Of a stretch of 64,000 nt of DNA, positions 55,483 through 62,477 are shown piece by piece. The stretch is from Octopus bimaculoides. Taxonomy: Eukaryota. How positions within the stretch are numbered: the first letter of the stretch is position 1; every line of letters begins with the position of its first letter. The position numbers and the translations under genes were made by a program. The notes beneath the pieces are model-generated. The model had not been told where the DNA came from and did not search any database. It saw only the letters and a list, made by a program, of their open reading frames with translations. The DNA lies in contig NC_069000.1 in NCBI RefSeq assembly GCF_001194135.2, positions 8,345,880 to 8,409,879 of the forward strand, given 5' to 3'.

Positions 55483-58400
55483 CAATGTTAATTCTCTAAA
55501 TGAAGTATTAACAGTAACTGCACGATAAAGTGTAGTATATTGCCACTTAAGTGTGGCTGACCCCTAGGGGTGGATGTTACTGTTGCTTTTAGCCCCAGGA
55601 GGACATCAAGCCAGCTGGAGGAGATGTCCTCCTGGGGCTAAAAGCAACAGTAACATCCACCCCTAGGGGTCAGCCACACTTAAGTGGCAATATACTACAC
55701 TATATATATATATATATACATATATGTGTGTTTGTGTTAAATATACCACATATGAAGCAATCTAATTTAATAATTCTAAAATTTCTCTAGTTTTCTGACT
55801 TGTTTTATCAGCATCAGAAATTTACTCACTGATTTTCCATGCTAGGACATGTCTTGTTGCACAAGCATGGAAAGCGGATAAGTGCAGTCTTAATCTTCTG
55901 CACATAGATACACCATGCCAACCCTAAGCTGCTTCTGTGAACAGAGACCTTGAAAATATCCTTCTATAGGGACATAACAAACATAGGGACATAACAAACA
56001 TAGGGACATAACAAACATAGGGACATAACAAACATAGGGACATAACAAACATAGGGACATAACAAACATAGGGACATAACAAACATAGGGACATAACAAA
56101 CATAGGGACATAACAAACATAGGGACATAACAAACATAGGGACATAACAAACATAGGGACATAACAAACATAGGGACATAACAAACATAGGGACATAACA
56201 AACATAGCAATTTAGTCATTCTGCCTTTTATCGTTGCCAAAACACTCACTACAGATCGCACAGCTAAAAAAAAACCCAAAAAACCCCACCAAACTTCTAC
56301 AAATGTGAAACTTCACAATCTCTAATGAAGTTTCCAGGTGACAACACATGACATAACCAAAAGAAGTACCTCAAAGGCTTGGATTTCTCTTCAGGCCTAA
56401 AAAGTACATCAGTTGTGACCAATAGCAGTGAAACGCACATTTGAGAAATGATTTACAAATCTAGGGTATTGCAGTTAAACTGATAAAATATCTACTACAC
56501 ACACACCTTAGACTGGAAAAAATAGCCATGTGACAAATTTAGTAAAGGTTGACTCATTCACAAGCTACAACCGCAAACCCATACATAAGGCTTTTCCTTC
56601 CTGTTGTTTTGACTACCGCAAACCCATACATAAGGCTTTTCCTTCCTGTTGTTTTGACTACCACAAATACTATTACAATTTTCTGAACAATCAAGTGGTG
56701 TACTGCCATCTCTTTTACTTTATTCCATCTGGGTCACAACACAGGCTTCATATTATATACTAATGATGATGTCACTCAGTACTAATTAATCTATGTGCGT
56801 TGTCGAACTAACACATAAATCAGGTTTGTTGTTGAGTGCTTCCTGTATTTAATTTCACTGATGCAAAAAAACAAAGCATTTAAAAAGTATTAGAAAATGC
56901 TGCACTTTTTCTTATTTCCTTTTTCCTCGGAGAAATTAAAGAATATTCTACAAAGAAACGGAAATAAAACAAATAATTTTACCACCCACACACCCAGTCA
57001 AAATTAACAATAACAAAATTGAACTATTAAGCTTACAAAGACAGAACTTCAATGATAAAAAAAAAGGGTTTAGTAAAACAACAAACATCAAATAACATAA
57101 ATACACAGACAGGTGCATGGACAGCAATGTGGTACAAAGTTTGCTTCCCAACGACATGGTCTGGTTTCAGGTTCAGTCCAACTGTGTGGCTCTTGCGCAA
57201 GTGTTTATCACTACATCTCCAGGTCAACCACAGAAACTGAAAGAGGCCCATCATACACATACACACAAACCAAGCGAGAAGTCCTTTTTACTGACCCTCA
57301 CCCATTTCCAAGCAAGTATTATTACTTCACCGTGACCAGTCAAGTCTTCGTGGTAGATTGGAAACAAATGATAACGCTCGTATGACAGTGACACTTATTT
57401 ACAACAATCACAAAATGTCAATCAAAGAGGCACAAACACACACATATATATGACAGGCCTTCTTTTAATTCCATCTCTGTCAAGTCCCCTCACAAAGGCT
57501 TTGATTGGGCAAGGGTTGTAGCAGAACACAACTGCTCAAGATGCCAACAGTAGGGCTAAACCTGAAGCTACAAGGTTGGGAAGTAAACTTCTCTAATACA
57601 ACCATGCCTTCACATACTGGACTATCATTTTCTTCTCATCAAAATACTGGGGATATAGACAGGATTTAGGACACTATAATTGATGATGAAGTTAAAGATT
57701 CTGTATTCTTGAGGACACAAGCAAAATAGATGGATTCAAAAACTCCCAATGATGTAAGTAGATTTCAAATCCTTGGTTGTAGTTCCATTCACTTTCTACT
57801 AACAATTATAGATGTTTTCGATCTAGTTTGGATTCGTTGCAATCAAATTTGAATTCTTTGAGTGCAAAGAATTCAAATTTGATGGCAAAGAATCCAAACT
57901 AGATCAAAAACATCTATAATAAACAAAGCTGATAAAGGCATAACATGCATCACAGCTCTCACCATATTCCCCACGAAATTAATATACTCATCACTGATGA
58001 TAAATCTATTCATGATAACAATGATAATGATGATGATAATCATTACTGATGGATAACTAATAATGAATGATCAAACAATTCTATTAATCGTGTATGTACG
58101 CATGTCATGAATATTTATGCTTTTGCTCCCAGTCCTGCTCACTTAATTAATTAACTAATTAAACAGCCATCCCAAGTACATACCAAGATAGAGTGAGGGA
58201 GGAACAGGGGCAGAAGTTGAACATCAGTACATTAGCACATTCGCAGACGTCTGTAACTTTATCAAACATACTAACATTTTTTGTGTGGAAAGTTTCAAAG
58301 ATAAAGGTTCAAAACTTGATTGTTCTGAAGAAGATACTTTGCACCAAATTTTCCCTACCCACAAAATAAAAGAGCATGAGATTTAGCTGCTATTTCTAGC

Positions 58401-61400
58401 AAACCAAGTGAACATGTAGATGTCCGCTCATGACATGATGATGTTTGTGGAGTGGTGGAAAAGGTTGTGGTGGTGGTGGTGGGAATCTGAAAGCCATGGC
58501 AACAGAGGGTAATTGTGATATCTGTGATTGTAGTTTCTTTAGCTCAACTAATAATAAAATTCCAAATAGTAACATTGACTTTTATCTTCAACTTGTCTCA
58601 GTTATTGGATTGTGGCCATGCTGGGGCACTGCCTTGAAGGGTTTAGTCAAAACAAATCAACACCACTGAATTTTTTTTTTTAAATCTAGTAGTTATTCTA
58701 CAGGTTTCTTTTGCCAAACTGCTAAGTTACAAAGGACGTAAACAAATCAATGTGGTTGTCAAGTGGTGGGAGGGGGAGACAGACAGACAGACAGACAGAC
58801 AGACAGCTCGACAGACAGAAAGATAGCTAGACAGAAAGATAGCGAAACAGACAGAGAAATAGCCAAACAGACAGAGAGATAGCTAGACAGAAAGATAGCT
58901 GGACAGACAGGTGGCCAGCCAGATGGCCAGCCAGATGGCCAGCCAGATGGCCAGCCAGATGGCCAGCCAGATGGCCAGCCAGATGGCCAGCCAGATGGCC
59001 AGCCAGATGGATGGACGGAGAGACAAACAAAGAGCTCATACATTTTCCAACAAGCAAATTCACTTACAGGGTATTGGTTGGTGAGGGCTTATAGTAGAAG
59101 GCACTTGTCCAAAGTACTGCATAGTGGGACTGAACCTGAAACCACGTGGTTGCTAAGCAAGCTTCTTAACCACACAGCCATATCTGTGTCTATACACAAC
59201 CATGCCTGTGTTGCCTATGTTAAAATATTTTGTATTAAATTAAACTTATGGCAGGTTAAACTAAGGATTGACCAGTGTATGTATATATATATTAAACATC
59301 TTGATATATAAAAAAAAAAGTGCAGGACCAAAGCCAGATTTAAGCATAAGCTAATTAAGTTATGGTTTAAAGCATTGCAATTAGCTTTATTATATTTTAA
59401 GTAATGATTTAACCCAGTGTGACCATGTTGGAGCACGTTTTCGAGGGGTTTTCATCAAACAGATCAAGCTCAGGACTTCCGATTCACATAATATCATAAA
59501 ACAATAATTTAGTACTAATCCTATGAAACATCAGAGACTCTAGAAATTAGAAATTTCACAGTTATTTTTATGATGAAGCATTTTGATATGTACGGTTATT
59601 ACCTGCTTAACAATAAGAGGACATTTTGATATGCTATTTACTGGTTAAATGGCTATTATTAGCAGTTCAATTAGCTATTACTAACAGTCCAATCAGTTAT
59701 TATTAGCAGTCCAAAATAAAAAAAAGAATCTCTAAATACACATTTGTTTGACTGTATCCTTCTGAAGGTAGGACTATTCAATTGAAATACAATGGGTTTT
59801 TTTTTAAAACCCTTCTGCAATGTTAGAAGGTCTCCTTGTCTCTTTCCATTCATTTTCAACTTCTGTACTACAATGCTTCAAGCAAACTGTGTGATGCTTT
59901 TATTATTAGCTATTTGCTGCCATTGGCATGGAATTGGCACAATTATTCAAATCCTTGCCTTTCCATCCTTTTAGCAAGGTCAGTAAAGTACCACTCAACA
60001 AAAGTGGATCGTTGGAAACATTAGAAGGCTGAGTTTTGCAGTATCTGTTTCAGATCTTTGCATTCTAAGTTCAAATCCTGCACTGAACTACTGGGGTGGT
60101 AGACCTAATCCTTTGTCTGGGTTTAGCAACATCATGTGGCCCCTGCATGGCCACTTAGTTACAAGCATCCAGGCCAGGTGTCTGGTTTGGGGATACCTTT
60201 GGTGCCAAGTTAGAATGCAGTCTGCTTGACCATTTACATTTAAGCAGTTTAACCTCATCTCTAACCTTAACACCTAATTCTAACCCTCATCTTAAACTCT
60301 AACCTTAATCTTAAACCCTAACCTGACGTAACACCATAATTTCCTCCATCCTTCTTCCCATCCACTATTCCTGGAGGCTCTCTAAAGGGTCATAGGCACT
60401 ACCCTTCCCTCCAAACTAATAAATAAACAATATATAAGTAGCTCCAATACAAAAGTGAAACTGAAACCCAAGCTTTTGGCCACACCCCGATGTAATCAAC
60501 TTACCCACTCCCTTGAAATTGCTGGCCTTGTGCCAAAATTAGAAATCAGTATTAGTAGAGTGTGATAGTTAAAGTCCCAAACGTGGACAATATAAAAATA
60601 AAATTCACTTAAAAACAAATCAAACTAAAATTGATAAAATGTGGAAGTAAGTTAGCTTTAAAAAAAAAAATCAGATTAGTCACATCAACAAAACAAAATT
60701 AGAATAAAACAAATAATTAAACAGAAGACTACAAGGTGGCACCTCCATACCAGCACTGTTAGAGTGCTATTGATTTGTTTTGTTTTTTGTTTTGTTTTGT
60801 TTTTTTTTGTTTTTTTTTTGAGGGGGAGGGTTTTAACAAAACTACTTACTTGGTAATCTATAACAATCAACTTAATTGTCTTTTTGCGTGTAGAGCCCTA
60901 CACTGAAAGATAATTTCTCAAAAATCAATTAAATAAATGATAAATAGTTAATTAGAGGGGTGGGGAGAAGGGTGAACCTATTTAGTGCAGAGTAAAAGAA
61001 ATCTAATTAGAAATATTTACATAGTTGGGAGAGGAGAACATATATCACAATTACTAATATTTTTAATTGCTTCAGCGAGTAAGGAAAACAACTCAAGACA
61101 TGTTTTAATCTCATTAAACCTTCAAAGTAGTTACCATACTTGTCAAAATGATTCGAATAATTAACCCAGGTTCTCTTTTCAATTGTCTTTTTCTCTCTAA
61201 TTAAATATTATCTGTACAAACAAATAATGATATCTGGAAAAAGTAAAACTCATTGAAAACCAAAAGAAGATGGCAACTGGAAAGATAAGAAAAGAGAATA
61301 TATAAGAAGCTTAACCTGGAAAAAAAAAGAATTTATATTTTCCATGATTGTTTTCAAAGATTAATAGAATTATTGCCGCGACCATATAAAACAAGGAACG

Positions 61401-62287
61401 TGTTTACAGAAGAGCATACTGAATACAGTCATGGAACAGAAACAGAGAAACAAAATAATCATCTTTCATATGGAACAGAAGGTAATAATTCCAAGTTGCT
61501 GGGGAGTCTATATATATTCCCATAGAGTAGCCATTTATTCAATGTATGCATAATATTACACAACATTACATTTTCACATAACCACATCATTTCATCAGGC
61601 AATATTGAATATTTTACTAGCAAAATCAACGATTGATTTTGCTATTATAGCCATCAGTCAAAGGGGATGTGTGTGCATGTATACACACACACACACACAC
61701 AGACAGATATATACGAGAAAAATGTGTATACACTTCCTGCCTATTTATATGGGTTCTTATTCTTATCTATGAGTTTCCACTACATTATACTTACATGTCT
61801 AATTAGAAGGTACTAATAGGGATATCAAGTCTTCTAATTTACTCTCTAGACATTTAAGTAGTGTTAATCTTTGTATTCATATGTTTTGTGACATGGGTAC
61901 ACACATCTGGTGCAAAATGGTTCTTATTTGTCTACCTTCAGTCAAGTGAGGGTGTTCAGGATTCTCCCATAACAGTATAAAACTCATTTAAAAATTACAT
62001 AAATTATAATTACATAAGATAAAATACACAAATAAATAGTGGGTTGTGGTTATATAAGAATAACCTATCACAGAAATATATGTTAACACAGAACGCACTC
62101 CATACTACTCAATGTAGATGCAATACTTAGTATGTTTTGAAGACCATTCGAAGACGAAGGGGATGGATGGAGAAGGGCTGTCTTCCAGTAAATTCGCAGA
62201 AAGGTGGGGAAGAGTGGTTAGAATGGGTTGGGTAAATTGGTCTTCCCAGAATATGTATTTATCAGTTGAATGTTCCTTGTTTGAAAG

Positions 62288-62333
<46 letters not shown>

Positions 62334-62443
62334 CAACAACCAAGCAACCACGGGGGATTTCCATAAATGAATGAGATCAACAATAACAATACAGCAAGAA
62401 AGTATCCTCAAAATTAGGGAGCAACTACAGTTATTTTGTTGTT

Positions 62444-62477
<34 letters not shown>

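Noticed and set aside
55966-56207. CRISPR-like array or repeat-protein ORFs ([17 protein letters not shown])n
   Set aside because: The units are head-to-tail with no spacers, and no cas genes are present. The ORFs arise only because 3 x 17 nt is stop-free.
60258-60325. Telomere-like (CTAACC)n tract
   Set aside because: It is too degenerate and short; similar tracts occur in ordinary repeats.
60850-60902. 53-nt segment with good acceptor and gtaagt donor
   Set aside because: All three frames contain stops and nothing else supports it; at most a cryptic exon.
62113-62275. Exon-like stretch [17 protein letters not shown]...
   Set aside because: It is open only in phase 0, while the upstream exon ends in phase 1; the other frames hit stops, the splice sites are weak, and there is no Piezo similarity.
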